DNA of 64,000 nucleotides from a virus: positions 5,072 to 69,071 of IMG/VR virus record IMGVR_UViG_3300043749_000038. The stretch is one strand, 5' to 3'. A program made the position numbers and the translations under genes. The stretch's first letter is position 1; every line of letters begins with the position of its first letter. Below, piece after piece: positions 1-10,247 of the stretch. The notes below the pieces were generated by a model. The model was given only the letters and a program-made list of their open reading frames with translations, was not told the DNA's origin and did no database searches.

Positions 1-2
1 TG

Positions 3-419
3 GCGCTCGGTATCAAACGAAAAGAAAAAGAACTTGGTATCGAGAACCGCGTTGTTGGTGGTCCCGCCGACTCGGCTATTTACGCTGTTACAGACGATGA
101 ATCCATTGGTAACAACATGGAGTCTGAAGGCGTGTTCTGGACCATGGCGGATAAGAAAGCCGGTAGCCGGAAGAACGGTTGGGAACTGATGCGCAACCGT
201 TTAAGCGCTGTAACCGATCCGATGCTCAAAGACAGGCCAGGCTTGTACGTGTTTGAAAATTGCCGCGATTGGATTCGTACTGTTCCGCCTATCCCTCGCG
301 ATACTAAAGACCCGGACGATGTTGATACCGATGCAGAAGACCACGCAGCAGACGATACGCGCTATCGTGTGTTAGCACTCGACGGAACCGCAATTAAAGT
401 CAAAATTGGTGGAGTTTAA
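3..419 (+). CDS. Terminase large subunit, C-terminal part (5' truncated by window)
   Basis: Frame is open from position 3 (ALGIKRKEKELG...GPADSAI); nuclease-domain end DVDTDAEDHAADDTRY; directly upstream of portal. Confidence 0.85.
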   Translation, partial: ALGIKRKEKELGIENRVVGGPADSAIYAVTDDESIGNNMESEGVFWTMADKKAGSRKNGWELMRNRLSAVTDPMLKDRPGLYVFENCRDWIRTVPPIPRDTKDPDDVDTDAEDHAADDTRYRVLALDGTAIKVKIGGV

Positions 420-420
420 A

Positions 421-1977
421 ATGGGCGTAGCGAATACACACGAAGATTACGATAACATGTTGTCGTCCTGGCAAGACTGCGCGCTTGCTATCGCGGGGCA
501 TAAGGCGGTGCAGAACGCAGGCGTTGCCGTCCTACCCATGCTGTCGGACCAGAGCAATGTGGAGTATCAGGCATACTTGCAACGCGCGACGTTCTTCAAT
601 GCGACGAAACGTACCTTGCAAGGTCTGTCGGGCATGATTTTCCGTAAGCAGTCGAATGTGGTTGTCCCGCCGTCGGTGCAACCGATGCTGCAAGACATCG
701 ACATGACCGGCAACTCGCTGGAAGTGCTCGCCAAGGCTACTGTCAACGCAGTGGTTGGCCTGGGCCGTGCGGGTTTGTTCCTGGATTATCCAACTGTCGA
801 CACGACGCAGGCAACCCAGGCAGACGCTAAGCGCCTGAACTTCCGTCCAATGATCAAGCTGTACGACGCGTTCTCGATCACTAACTGGAAGACGCGTGTC
901 ATTAATAGCATCAGCGTGCTGAGCCTGGTCGTGCTCAAAGAAATCAACAAGCAACCTATCGACGAGTTCACCGACAAGGACGTCGTGCAATACCGTGTCC
1001 TGGACCTGTTCGACGTGACCGACAGCAATGGTGTGGTTAGCACCCAGTATCGCGTGCGCGTTATGGAAGTGCAGAAGGACGAGAACACCGGCGAGGAAAA
1101 AGACGTCGTGGTGGAGGGACCGTTCTTCCCGAAGCTGAATGGCAAACAAATGGACTTCATTCCGTTCCAGTTTGTTGGGCCGGAAAATACCAACTGGCAA
1201 GTCTGCGAGCCTCCGCTGCTGGACCTCGTTGAAGTGAACCTGTCGCACTTCCGTGTTACCGCCGACTACGAACACGGTTGCCACTTCACCGGCTTGCCCA
1301 CACCTGTCATTAGCGGCTATGTGCCGGAGAACCAGAACGAGAAGTTCTACATCGGTAGTCTGTCGGCGTGGGTCTTCCCGAACGCCTCGGCCAAGGCTGC
1401 ATACCTCGAGTTCACCGGTCAGGGTTTGACCTGCTTGCGCACCAACCTCGAGGACAAGAAGAAAGACATGGCTGTGCTGGGGGCACGCATGCTCGAGGCA
1501 GAACCGACTGCGGTGCAGAGCGCAAATACCGCCGCAATACACCGGGGCGGGGAACAGTCCATGCTTGCAGCCATTGCGGAAACCGTGTCGACTGCAATTC
1601 AACGCATGCTGGGCTGGTTCTGTCAGTTTGCCAACGCAAGCGCGACGGACGTTAAGTTCCGCCTGAACAAAGACTTCTTCCCGATTCCGATGGACTCGCT
1701 GACTCTGACCGCAATCGTTGCAGCATGGCAGAACCAAGCAATCGACTTCGAAACCATGATCGACAACCTGAAGTCTGGCGAGATCGTCGATACGGACGCA
1801 ACCGCAGCGGACATCCAGGCAAAGATCAAGGCCAACCCGCCTCCGCTGCTCGACGTGCCGACCACTCCGGGGGACCGCGCACACAACGGTCCGGCTCAGG
1901 GCGCTGCCACGGGCACCACCCACAAAGGCGGGGCGACGAGCAGTAATCCAACGCAGACACAACTGCAAAACAGCTAA
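421..1977 (+). CDS. Portal protein (DUF4055-like)
   Basis: 518 aa after terminase; RATFFNAT, PPLLDLVEVNLSHF and YLEFTGQG motifs; GGAG RBS before ATG 421. Confidence 0.85.
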   Translation: MGVANTHEDYDNMLSSWQDCALAIAGHKAVQNAGVAVLPMLSDQSNVEYQAYLQRATFFNATKRTLQGLSGMIFRKQSNVVVPPSVQPMLQDIDMTGNSLEVLAKATVNAVVGLGRAGLFLDYPTVDTTQATQADAKRLNFRPMIKLYDAFSITNWKTRVINSISVLSLVVLKEINKQPIDEFTDKDVVQYRVLDLFDVTDSNGVVSTQYRVRVMEVQKDENTGEEKDVVVEGPFFPKLNGKQMDFIPFQFVGPENTNWQVCEPPLLDLVEVNLSHFRVTADYEHGCHFTGLPTPVISGYVPENQNEKFYIGSLSAWVFPNASAKAAYLEFTGQGLTCLRTNLEDKKKDMAVLGARMLEAEPTAVQSANTAAIHRGGEQSMLAAIAETVSTAIQRMLGWFCQFANASATDVKFRLNKDFFPIPMDSLTLTAIVAAWQNQAIDFETMIDNLKSGEIVDTDATAADIQAKIKANPPPLLDVPTTPGDRAHNGPAQGAATGTTHKGGATSSNPTQTQLQNS

Positions 1978-1992
1978 AAGCACAAATAGTCG

Positions 1993-2021
1993 TTGCATTC
2001 CAAAATTAGACGGACTATAAT
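1993..2021 (+). promoter_or_regulatory. Sigma70-like promoter for head genes
   Basis: TTGCAT-17 bp-TATAAT upstream of scaffold gene. Confidence 0.6.
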
Positions 2022-2103
2022 CGTACAAGTATCACCGTCTGACTAGGTCAACGACTATTTCACTTCTGCGGCTAGGCCGTTAATTCATCCTAAGGGGATA
2101 AAA

Positions 2104-2877
2104 ATGCATCCGAAATATTACACTGCTCCGAAACTCACACCGTTCATGCTGTTCGCCCGTGAAGGCGAAGGCGGTGGCGGCGGGGAAGCCGAGGCAGCGA
2201 TCCAGAAACGTATCGCGGATGCAGTGGCCGCAGAAGTGGCAGGTCTGAAAGCCAAGAACGACGAGCTGCTGGGCAAGAACAAAGCGTTGAGCGAATCGAA
2301 CAAACGCTTCGAAGGCATCGACGTCGAGAAGTACAACGCGTTCCAGCAACGCCTGGACACCGACGAAGACGCCCGTCTGATTTCCGAAGGAAAGACGACC
2401 GAGCTGGTTCAGAAGTACACCGAGCGCATGCGTAAGGAACACGAAACTCAACTCGCAGCAGTGCGGGCCGAGGTCGACGCTGAAAAAGTGCGCGGCAAGA
2501 AATACGAACAAGCGGTGCTGGACAACCAGATCCGCGCCGCATGTGTGGGCATGCACCCCAGCGCCATCGAGGATGCGCTGCTGCACGGTCGCACTGTGTT
2601 TTCGCTCGATGCCGAGGGCCGGGCGGTCAAAGCGGATGGCTCCGGCCGTCCGGAGCTTGGCAAAGACGGCCAGACTCCATTCAGCCCGGCTGAGTGGATC
2701 GAGTCGCAAAAAGAATCCAAACCGCACTGGTTCCCTGCATCCAGCAGCGGCTCGGGTTCGGCTGGTTCCAGCGGTGCTGGTGCCGGTGGCAAAACCATGT
2801 CTCGTTCGAAGTTCGACTCGTTGCCTGCAAGTGAAAAGGCAACTGTCGCGCGATCGGGCGTTAAAATCGTCGACTAA
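2104..2877 (+). CDS. Capsid scaffolding protein
   Basis: Coiled-coil, GLKAKNDELL motif, PHWFP then Gly/Ser-rich tail; immediately before the capsid gene. Confidence 0.8.
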   Translation: MHPKYYTAPKLTPFMLFAREGEGGGGGEAEAAIQKRIADAVAAEVAGLKAKNDELLGKNKALSESNKRFEGIDVEKYNAFQQRLDTDEDARLISEGKTTELVQKYTERMRKEHETQLAAVRAEVDAEKVRGKKYEQAVLDNQIRAACVGMHPSAIEDALLHGRTVFSLDAEGRAVKADGSGRPELGKDGQTPFSPAEWIESQKESKPHWFPASSSGSGSAGSSGAGAGGKTMSRSKFDSLPASEKATVARSGVKIVD

Positions 2878-2889
2878 TAAGGAGCCATC

Positions 2890-4035
2890 ATGGCAGTCAA
2901 TAGCCTTACCAACCTCATCGGCCCCCTGTTCGAATCGCTGGACATCGTCTCGCGCGAACTGGTGGGTGCCATCCCATGCGTCACTCTGGACGCTCAAGTC
3001 TCGCGTGCAGCCGTCGGCCAGCAAGTGACCTCGTTCATGTCGCCGACCGTCTCGGCTACCGACATCGTCCCGGGCATGCTGCCGCCGGACGACGGTGAAC
3101 AGAACTTCGGCAACGTTCAGCTGACCATCCAGAAGTCGCGCCGTATCCCGTTCCGCTGGAACGGCGAACAAGAGCTGGGTCTGAACAACAGCGGCTCCGG
3201 CGCTCGCAACCTGAAGAACGCCCAGATCACCCAGGCCATCCGTGCACTGGTGAACGAAATGGAAGTCGACGTCGTGACCGCTGCTCGCGTGGCAGCTTCG
3301 CGTGGCTGGGGCACCCCGGGCACCACCCCGTTCGCAAGCGGCGTGGGCGATTCCGCACAACTGCGCAAGATCCTGGACGACAACGGCGCCCCGCCGACCG
3401 ACCGCGCCGTTATCATCGACACCACTTCCGGCGCCAACCTGCGCACCAACACCCAGCTGACCAAAGCGAACGAAGCCGGTTCCATCCTAACCCTGCGTTC
3501 GGGCGAGCTGATCGAACTGCACGGCATGTCGTACCACGAGTCAGCCGGCGTCAAGCACGTCACCCCAGGCAACGGCGCCAACTACACCACCAACACGGCA
3601 GGCTACACGGCCGGTTCGACCGCCATCACCCTGATCACCGGTACGGGCGCCATCAACGCCGGCGACGTCATCAGCTTCGCAGGCGACCCGAACAAGTACG
3701 TGGTGGCAACCGCCCTGACCGGCGGCGTCGTGACCCTGGCAGCACCTGGCCTGATGCAAGCACTGCCGGCATCGGCCCAAGCTGTCACCGTCCTGGGCGC
3801 GTTCACGCCGAACGTCGCATTCGCCAGCTCGGCAATCATCCTGGGCTGCCGTCTGCCGGCCCTGCCGGAAGGTGGCGACTCGGCAGTCGACCGCATGACC
3901 ATCACTGATCCGCGCTCGGGCATCACCTTCGAGATCTCGATGTACGCCCAATACCGCCAGATGCAGTACGAGATCTCGGCGTCGTGGGGCGTGAAGGGCA
4001 TCAAGTCCGAGCACACCGCCCTGCTGCTGGGCTAA
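2890..4035 (+). CDS. Major capsid protein (P22-coat-like, with beta-rich insertion domain)
   Basis: 381 aa, strongly biased codons, position after scaffold, C-terminal WGVKGIKSEH. Confidence 0.85.
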   Translation: MAVNSLTNLIGPLFESLDIVSRELVGAIPCVTLDAQVSRAAVGQQVTSFMSPTVSATDIVPGMLPPDDGEQNFGNVQLTIQKSRRIPFRWNGEQELGLNNSGSGARNLKNAQITQAIRALVNEMEVDVVTAARVAASRGWGTPGTTPFASGVGDSAQLRKILDDNGAPPTDRAVIIDTTSGANLRTNTQLTKANEAGSILTLRSGELIELHGMSYHESAGVKHVTPGNGANYTTNTAGYTAGSTAITLITGTGAINAGDVISFAGDPNKYVVATALTGGVVTLAAPGLMQALPASAQAVTVLGAFTPNVAFASSAIILGCRLPALPEGGDSAVDRMTITDPRSGITFEISMYAQYRQMQYEISASWGVKGIKSEHTALLLG

Positions 4036-4058
4036 TCTCGGCGCAGTGTGGGCATCAG

Positions 4059-4086
4059 ACCGGCCGGAGAAATCCGGTCGGTTTTC
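4059..4086 (+). terminator. Rho-independent terminator after capsid gene
   Basis: ACCGGCCGGA-GAAA-TCCGGTCGGT hairpin followed by T run. Confidence 0.7.
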
Positions 4087-4105
4087 TAATAATTAGGAGT
4101 CCAAC

Positions 4106-4303
4106 ATGCAACTCGAAACGATCAAGGTCAAGTGCGCGGTTGTCCCGGGCAACGATCAAGGTTTTTACGTCATCAACAAGGAAGACTTCGATGCTGAAAA
4201 GCACGAGCTCTTCGATGCACCGGCCGAAGTCCCGAAGCAGGAAGAAACTAAACAAGAAGAAAAACCTGCCGAAGAGACCGTCAAGCCGTCCTGGCAGCAG
4301 TAA
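4106..4303 (+). CDS. Small virion-associated protein
   Basis: AGGAG RBS; INKEDFDAEKHELF motif of the kind seen in post-capsid small proteins. Confidence 0.55.
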   Translation: MQLETIKVKCAVVPGNDQGFYVINKEDFDAEKHELFDAPAEVPKQEETKQEEKPAEETVKPSWQQ

Positions 4304-4330
4304 TAACCACACATGACGTAGAGGTTCTAG

Positions 4331-6280
4331 ATGGCTAAGGGTGCACTTTCCACAAACCCGGTATCGACATACACGCTTCCGGCGGGTTGCGCGCCTTATG
4401 GTGTCGCTGCATCCCCCGACAGCAAGAACGTCTACGTCGTCACATCGGGATCGACTGCTGCAACAGCCGGTGTGATCCAGCTTGCGGTTAGTTCCGCCGA
4501 CGGCTCGCTCGGGCAGATCGGTACGCAGCCGCTGCTTGCGGCCACTTCCAACGGCCCGCGCCATGCGGTCGTGTCGCCGGACGGCAAGCACGTCTATGTG
4601 ACCGTCACGGGCTATGACAAGCTGTCGTATTTCGTGCGCAGCGCCACCGACGGTTCGCTCTCGGGGCTCACGTCCTATACGTCCGGTGTCTCCTACCCGA
4701 CGTACGTGGCGATCTCGGCCGATGGTGCGCACGTCTACCTCGTCAACAACAACAGTGGCGGTGCCAGCGGCAACGTCCAGGTCTACTCGCGCAATGCCAG
4801 CACCGGCGCGCTAACCCTGCTCCAGACGATTGCGCTTGTTGGCGCATTCGGCGTTGCAGCTACGAAGGACGGCAAGGCCGTCTATGTGTCGACCACAGCC
4901 AGCGGCGGTCAAGTCGTTGCCTACACCCGCGACGGCAACTCGGCGTCAGGTACGTACGGCCAGCTGACCGCTGTTGCATCGGGTGCGTACGCCACTGCTT
5001 CGGGCTTTCCGAACGCTGTCGGCATCTCGGACGACAGCGCATTCGTCTATGTGCTGAGCGACGCTGGTTCGCAGTACACGAGCTGCTATGCGCGCAACGC
5101 TGCTGACAACACGCTGACTCACGCGTCCACATGGTATCCGACGGTCGCCGCTGCTGACGCCAACGGTAACTGGGATATCGCACTGTCTGCAGATACGGGC
5201 AACACCTCGCTGTATTCCGCAATCAGCGATGGTCAGCGCATTGCGCAATTCACTCGTAATACCAGCACAGGCGTTCTGACGTCCAACGCAGCAGCGCCGT
5301 CGGTGTTCACGTCGAACTACAACGGCACGGCGCGTGGTAGCAACGGCCCGTACGGCCTCGCTGTCCTGCCGAACAATGCCTATCTGTATGCAGCGTCTTC
5401 CGCAGCCGCTAACACGGTCGACGTATTTACGATCGACCAAGGCGCAGTTGCTGACAGCACGCCGCCAACGTTCACCGGCACGATTGCCGCAACTTCGACC
5501 GGCAGCACGACCGAAACGCTCGACTGGAGCTCCACGACCCATACGGACAATGTGGGCATCACGTCTTACGACTACAGCCCGGACGGTACGAACTGGACCA
5601 ACACGGGCAGCACTGCAACGAGCGTCGGTCTGACCGGACTCGCGCCTTCCACGCAATACACGTATCAGGTTCGTGCCAAAGACGCGGCCGGCAATGTCTC
5701 CACCCCGGCCTTGTCCGTGACGTTCACCACTGCTGCGGGTGCAGACTCCGTCGCCCCTGTGATGCAAGGCTCGCTGTCGCTGAGCAACATCGGAAAGACC
5801 GGCGCCACGGTGAGCTGGTCCGCCGCAACCGACAACGTCGCGGTGACTGGTTACAAGGTGGACAGCGGCACCGGAGCCTACGTGGATGTGGGTAACGTGC
5901 TAACCACAAATGTTACGGGCAGAGCCGAACTGTCAAGTTCCGCAATTCGTGTGGTGGCATACGACGCAGCGGGTAACGTCTCGACGCCGCTGACCGCAAC
6001 CCTGAACACCATCGGCGCTTCGTACACTTTCGACACGATGAGCAATGGGTCAGGCGGTTACTGGGCAAATCAGGCCGTTGTCTGGAACTGGTGGCCGGGC
6101 GGACGCATCGGTTCGCTTGCCGGCATCACCCCTAAGCAGGGAACCGGCACCACGAATGCTTCCGGTGTGCTGACGCTCTCTGGCAACCTTCCGACCGGCG
6201 CAGGCCTGGCTCTGGTGGCAAAACAGAACACCGGCGCCACCGACGACGCTGTGTTTTATCAGGCTGGGACGGCGAACTAA
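4331..6280 (+). CDS. Putative head/neck fibre: beta-propeller plus two fibronectin type III domains
   Basis: Repeated SPDGKHVYV-type blades; two DxxxP...W...DNVxxTxY...VxAxDAAGNVS FN3 units. Confidence 0.7.
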   Translation: MAKGALSTNPVSTYTLPAGCAPYGVAASPDSKNVYVVTSGSTAATAGVIQLAVSSADGSLGQIGTQPLLAATSNGPRHAVVSPDGKHVYVTVTGYDKLSYFVRSATDGSLSGLTSYTSGVSYPTYVAISADGAHVYLVNNNSGGASGNVQVYSRNASTGALTLLQTIALVGAFGVAATKDGKAVYVSTTASGGQVVAYTRDGNSASGTYGQLTAVASGAYATASGFPNAVGISDDSAFVYVLSDAGSQYTSCYARNAADNTLTHASTWYPTVAAADANGNWDIALSADTGNTSLYSAISDGQRIAQFTRNTSTGVLTSNAAAPSVFTSNYNGTARGSNGPYGLAVLPNNAYLYAASSAAANTVDVFTIDQGAVADSTPPTFTGTIAATSTGSTTETLDWSSTTHTDNVGITSYDYSPDGTNWTNTGSTATSVGLTGLAPSTQYTYQVRAKDAAGNVSTPALSVTFTTAAGADSVAPVMQGSLSLSNIGKTGATVSWSAATDNVAVTGYKVDSGTGAYVDVGNVLTTNVTGRAELSSSAIRVVAYDAAGNVSTPLTATLNTIGASYTFDTMSNGSGGYWANQAVVWNWWPGGRIGSLAGITPKQGTGTTNASGVLTLSGNLPTGAGLALVAKQNTGATDDAVFYQAGTAN

Positions 6281-6490
6281 ATGTTACGCAACCTTAACGT
6301 ATCTACAGCCGGTTCGAGACTTCTGAGCAGCCCTGCTGTTCAGGGCCCTCCGCCGGTCACTATTGACGCAAGTCAGATTCCGAAGATTCGCTGGATCACG
6401 TTTGCTGGTAACAGCCGTGTTGTCAGCTTCGAAGGAACCGGCCGTGTTATCAGCTTTGATGGTACTAACCGTACCATCCCGTTTAACTAA
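6281..6490 (+). CDS. Hypothetical protein with 9-aa RxxxFxG repeats
   Basis: Abuts previous stop; RWITFAG/RVVSFEG/RVISFDG/RTIPF. Confidence 0.5.
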   Translation: MLRNLNVSTAGSRLLSSPAVQGPPPVTIDASQIPKIRWITFAGNSRVVSFEGTGRVISFDGTNRTIPFN

Positions 6491-6498
6491 GGACTATC

Positions 6499-6843
6499 AT
6501 GACGATCAACCGTAACCCGTATTACGACACCGCAAGGGATCGTTGGTATGTCGACAAAGACCCTGACAATCAGTGGACTTACGTTGCTGACATGACCTCC
6601 GAACTGACGCTGAACAACACCACGGCGTCGACTTGCACAGCAATTGTGAGCGATTCGCGCATTACGGTACTCGCTGGTCCGACCGTGCAGACTCCCGGCA
6701 ATTTGCTGATCAAAGTGAAGTTTTCTGGTCCGGTTGTCGGAAGCGGAACTTACACGGACGACGCGTTCATTACTCTGCGTACGGTATGCGCTAACGGGGA
6801 CCAGTTCGACAAGACCATTTGGGTCAAGCCCGTGCAGGACTAA
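6499..6843 (+). CDS. Putative fibre adaptor protein
   Basis: KDPDxxxxYxxD motif, beta-rich, AAGGA RBS. Confidence 0.5.
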   Translation: MTINRNPYYDTARDRWYVDKDPDNQWTYVADMTSELTLNNTTASTCTAIVSDSRITVLAGPTVQTPGNLLIKVKFSGPVVGSGTYTDDAFITLRTVCANGDQFDKTIWVKPVQD

Positions 6844-6844
6844 C

Positions 6845-7015
6845 ATGGACCAGATTGACGCCACCATGCTGGTTAAGATCCAGAAGGAGCGGTTGCTGAA
6901 AGAGCAAGCTGCTCCCGTAACTGCGCCCGCTCAAACTGTGCTCCCGCAGCCCAGCGCGGGGCCTTACCCATTGAAAGGCGTCGTCCCCAATTATCCTTTG
7001 AAGGGTAAAGTATGA
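6845..7015 (+). CDS. Hypothetical protein (56 aa)
   Basis: Fills gap between neighbours, ATGA overlap with next gene; duplicated YPLKG. Confidence 0.45.
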   Translation: MDQIDATMLVKIQKERLLKEQAAPVTAPAQTVLPQPSAGPYPLKGVVPNYPLKGKV

Positions 7016-7563
7016 GCCTCATCGTTGAAGACGGCAGTGTTGTGGCCGGTGCTGAGTCTTACGTCACTGTTGAAGACGCGGACTTGTACCACTACAACAG
7101 GGGCATGACGGCATGGACAGGCCTTGACGTAGCGAGCAAAGAACAGGCCCTCCGCCGTGCCACTGACTTCATGCTCGGTCGGTATCGCGGTCGTTGGAAG
7201 GGTGCTAAAACTCGCTATCAGCAAGCGTTGGACTGGCCGCGCGTCGGCGTGACGCCGGACGATGCGCAGAATCCATTCAGCACTCAAATCGGTTACGGGT
7301 ACGGTTATAAATACGTGATCCCTTATACCGTTGTTCCGAACGAGGTGAAGAACGCTTGTTGCGAACTGGCCTTGCGTGCTGCGTCTGGTCCGCTGCTTGC
7401 CGACCTTGAGCCGCGCATCTTAACCGAGACGGTTGGTCCGATCACGGTCAAGTACGACCCGAGCTCGCCTCAATACATCCGTTATGCGCAAGTCGACGCA
7501 ATTCTTTCACCGCTGCTTGCAAACGGCGGCGTGGGTGCGACTGTCAAACTGACACGCACTTAA
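7012..7563 (+). CDS. Head-tail adaptor (DnaT-like annotated family)
   Basis: MSLIVEDG...AESY, QALDWPR, VKNACCELA, ETVGPITVKY motifs. Confidence 0.8.
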   Translation: MSLIVEDGSVVAGAESYVTVEDADLYHYNRGMTAWTGLDVASKEQALRRATDFMLGRYRGRWKGAKTRYQQALDWPRVGVTPDDAQNPFSTQIGYGYGYKYVIPYTVVPNEVKNACCELALRAASGPLLADLEPRILTETVGPITVKYDPSSPQYIRYAQVDAILSPLLANGGVGATVKLTRT

Positions 7564-7569
7564 AAGAGC

Positions 7570-7598
7570 TTGCTTTGCCCAAACTTCCATGCTACCAT
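7570..7598 (+). promoter_or_regulatory. Sigma70-like promoter for neck/tail genes
   Basis: TTGCTT-17 bp-TACCAT in intergenic gap. Confidence 0.45.
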
Positions 7599-7622
7599 GC
7601 CTGTATTCTGTAAGGTGTGGGC

Positions 7623-8015
7623 ATGGACTATACTCGGATCGCGCAAGTTGTAGTAAAGCAGATCGCCAGCTACGGGCGAGATGTTACCTTGCGCCAGTTT
7701 CCGTACGGAGCAGCAACCTACGACCCTACCAGCTTGACCGTAAGCGCTCCAACGTCCCAGCCCGTTGAGACTGTCGTCAAGGGTCTTGTTACCGACCAGC
7801 CTGGTAAAAGGATCGGACCTCAGTACGGCACGAACATGAAGAAAGACACTCTGATCGAAGACGGTCAGAAGTGGATTTACATTGACGGCATGGGTCCGAG
7901 GCCTAAACCGAATGACAAAATTGTAATCGGCGACGTAGAGTACACAGTCGACGATGTGCAGGAAACTGCACCCGGCGACGTGGTTCTGTTCTATTTAGTA
8001 GTGCTGTACCGATGA
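7623..8015 (+). CDS. Head closure/stopper protein
   Basis: Position, size, YGRDVTLR and YDP motifs. Confidence 0.6.
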   Translation: MDYTRIAQVVVKQIASYGRDVTLRQFPYGAATYDPTSLTVSAPTSQPVETVVKGLVTDQPGKRIGPQYGTNMKKDTLIEDGQKWIYIDGMGPRPKPNDKIVIGDVEYTVDDVQETAPGDVVLFYLVVLYR

Positions 8016-8545
8016 GCAAGTACGGGATCAACACTGCGGCAATGGAAGGTATCTTTGCCTTCGTGAGCCGAAGCAAACAGGGGATTCACACTTGCACGAA
8101 GTATGCTCTGTTGGAGATCGGTGTACGGTTGCAGATGTATTCGGCTGTGGGCGATCCGAGTTTGTGGTCGAAAGAATCTGTGCGGAGGGCGTTGCATAAG
8201 AATTACGTACCGGGTTTATTCATCAACAATTGGCAACTTGGAGTTGACCAGTTCCCCACAGGGATGTTGACGAATACGCCTGACGCTAGTGCAAGCACGT
8301 CGACAAGGAGCTTGACAAAGATTCCTCGTTGGCCTGCTTATCACGACTATTACTTCGTGAACAATACGCCGTATGCTCAGAAGTTGGAGCTAGGCTACCA
8401 TTCGCACCAAGTGCCACCGGGGGGAATGGTTGGGCGCGTAAGGTTGGAGTTCCCACAGATTATTCAGGAAGCAATCGCGAAGTATCATTCTGGAGTTGGA
8501 GATGTCACAGGTAAAAATCAAGTCAGCTCTGCATACGGCGATTAA
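8012..8545 (+). CDS. Neck/tail completion protein (HK97 gp10-like)
   Basis: NNTPYAQKLELGYHSHQVPPGGMV motif. Confidence 0.7.
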   Translation: MSKYGINTAAMEGIFAFVSRSKQGIHTCTKYALLEIGVRLQMYSAVGDPSLWSKESVRRALHKNYVPGLFINNWQLGVDQFPTGMLTNTPDASASTSTRSLTKIPRWPAYHDYYFVNNTPYAQKLELGYHSHQVPPGGMVGRVRLEFPQIIQEAIAKYHSGVGDVTGKNQVSSAYGD

Positions 8546-8909
8546 CGCAATGTCGCCGTCTTTGCCGACGGCTTGGCCGAACGTGACGTTCGATCCTGAT
8601 AACAGAGTTCCGTGGCAGAAGGTTAATGTGGTATTCTCCCAACCGTCCGAACCTACGGTTGGGAGCGATTACTATCAAGAAATCGGCTTCCTGCAAGTGA
8701 CCTTGTATTACCCGCTCCTTCAGGGGGATGGGCCAGCTACGTCGAGGGCGGAGCTGATTCGCAATACCTTCAAAAAAGGGACGTCCGTTGTTAAGGACGA
8801 CGTAACGGTCCAGTTTAACAAAGTGGCACAAATCTTAGAAGGCGTACCGACAGACGAACAGTACATCGTCGTTGTTCGGGTTCCATTTTACGCTAATATT
8901 TACCTCTGA
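8502..8909 (+). CDS. Tail terminator protein
   Basis: AWPNVTFDP, GFLQVTLYYP motifs; precedes tail tube. Confidence 0.7.
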   Translation: MSQVKIKSALHTAINAMSPSLPTAWPNVTFDPDNRVPWQKVNVVFSQPSEPTVGSDYYQEIGFLQVTLYYPLLQGDGPATSRAELIRNTFKKGTSVVKDDVTVQFNKVAQILEGVPTDEQYIVVVRVPFYANIYL

Positions 8910-8920
8910 AAGGAACGATC

Positions 8921-10174
8921 ATGACGATCGCAGTCGGCGTAGCCAAACTCCTATCCTACAAGAAACAAACCGGCCTGGGCGTCAAAGCTCCGTCCGGCGC
9001 AGCGGGCAGCGCGCGTTACCTGCGCCGCGTGTCCTCGAACCTGTCGCTGAAAAAAGCCACCTACAGCTCGACCGAACTGCGTCCGTCGCAGCAGGTCGCT
9101 GACTTCCGTCACGGCGTGCGATCGGCCGAAGGCACCATCAGCGGCGAGATCAGTGTGGGCACCTACCAGCAGTTCGAAGAGTCGCTGCTGCGCGGCCTGG
9201 CTGTCGTTGCTGTCTCCACCGGCGCACAAGCCACCATCGCTTCGGCAAGCACCACCGGCGCCAGCGGCACGATGACCCGCAGTGCTGGTTCGTTCCTGAC
9301 CGACGGCTTCAAGCTGGGCATGGTCGTACGCGCGACCGGCTGGACCGCTCCGGCAAACACCCTGAACGGCATCAACCTGTTCATCGTCGGCCTGAGCGCA
9401 ACCGTGATGACTTTCGTGCGCATGGACGGCGTGGTTGTCCCGACCAAAATCGCCGGCGACAACGTCACCATTTCCGAAGTCGGCAAACACATCTCGATCC
9501 CGCAGACCGGCCAGAACCGTGACTACTACACCTTCGAACACGACTATTCGGACGTGAAGCAGTCCGAGCAGTTCAGCGACTGTGTGGTCACGCAGATGGA
9601 CGTCAAGTTGCCTGGTTCGGGCATTGCCACCTGCGACTTCGCGTTCAAGGGCCTGGACATGCAGACGACCGACTACTCGGCCGCTGGTTCGTCGTACTTC
9701 CTGTCCCCCGCAGCCGCGTCGACCGGCGCCGTGCTGGCTTCCTCGAACGGCCTGCTGTACGTCAACGGAACGCCCGTTGCGCTGATTACCGGTCTGAACT
9801 TCTCGGTCAAGGGCAACCATACCACCATCGGCGGCGTCGTGGGCTCGAACGTCGACCCGGACATCTTCCCGGGCAGCATCACCGTGGACGGTCAAGTGAC
9901 CGTGCTGTTCCAGGATGCCACCCTGCGCGACATGTTCGTCAACGAGACCGAGTTCTCGATGTACGCCGTGTTCACCTCGAACAACACCGGCACCGCGGAC
10001 TTCAAAGCTTACAGCTTCGCGCGCTGCAAGTACTCGACCGCCGACAAGGACGACGGCAACAAGAGCCTGGTTCAAACGATGTCGTTCACCGCACTGGAAA
10101 ACAGCGCGAACGGCGGCACCGGCACCAACGCTCACGCGTCGACCATCGCAATTCAAGACAGCCAGTACCAGTAA
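8921..10174 (+). CDS. Major tail tube protein
   Basis: 417 aa, highly biased codons, LRRVSSNL and STELR motifs, position. Confidence 0.85.
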   Translation: MTIAVGVAKLLSYKKQTGLGVKAPSGAAGSARYLRRVSSNLSLKKATYSSTELRPSQQVADFRHGVRSAEGTISGEISVGTYQQFEESLLRGLAVVAVSTGAQATIASASTTGASGTMTRSAGSFLTDGFKLGMVVRATGWTAPANTLNGINLFIVGLSATVMTFVRMDGVVVPTKIAGDNVTISEVGKHISIPQTGQNRDYYTFEHDYSDVKQSEQFSDCVVTQMDVKLPGSGIATCDFAFKGLDMQTTDYSAAGSSYFLSPAAASTGAVLASSNGLLYVNGTPVALITGLNFSVKGNHTTIGGVVGSNVDPDIFPGSITVDGQVTVLFQDATLRDMFVNETEFSMYAVFTSNNTGTADFKAYSFARCKYSTADKDDGNKSLVQTMSFTALENSANGGTGTNAHASTIAIQDSQYQ

Positions 10175-10218
10175 TCAGCTGTCTCCCCTTCAGGCTGATT
10201 GGACCGGCCTGTGCTTTT

Positions 10219-10247
10219 CCCTCCGGGTAGCTCCCGGAGGGCTTTTT
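10219..10247 (+). terminator. Rho-independent terminator after tail tube
   Basis: CCCTCCGGG-TAGCT-CCCGGAGGG followed by CTTTTT. Confidence 0.7.

Noticed and set aside
532-10156. Long antisense ORFs (532-2028, 2080-3360, 8951-10156) opposite portal, capsid and tail genes
   Set aside because: Shadow frames from GC-biased codon usage; no RBS or motifs, and they fully overlap well-supported genes
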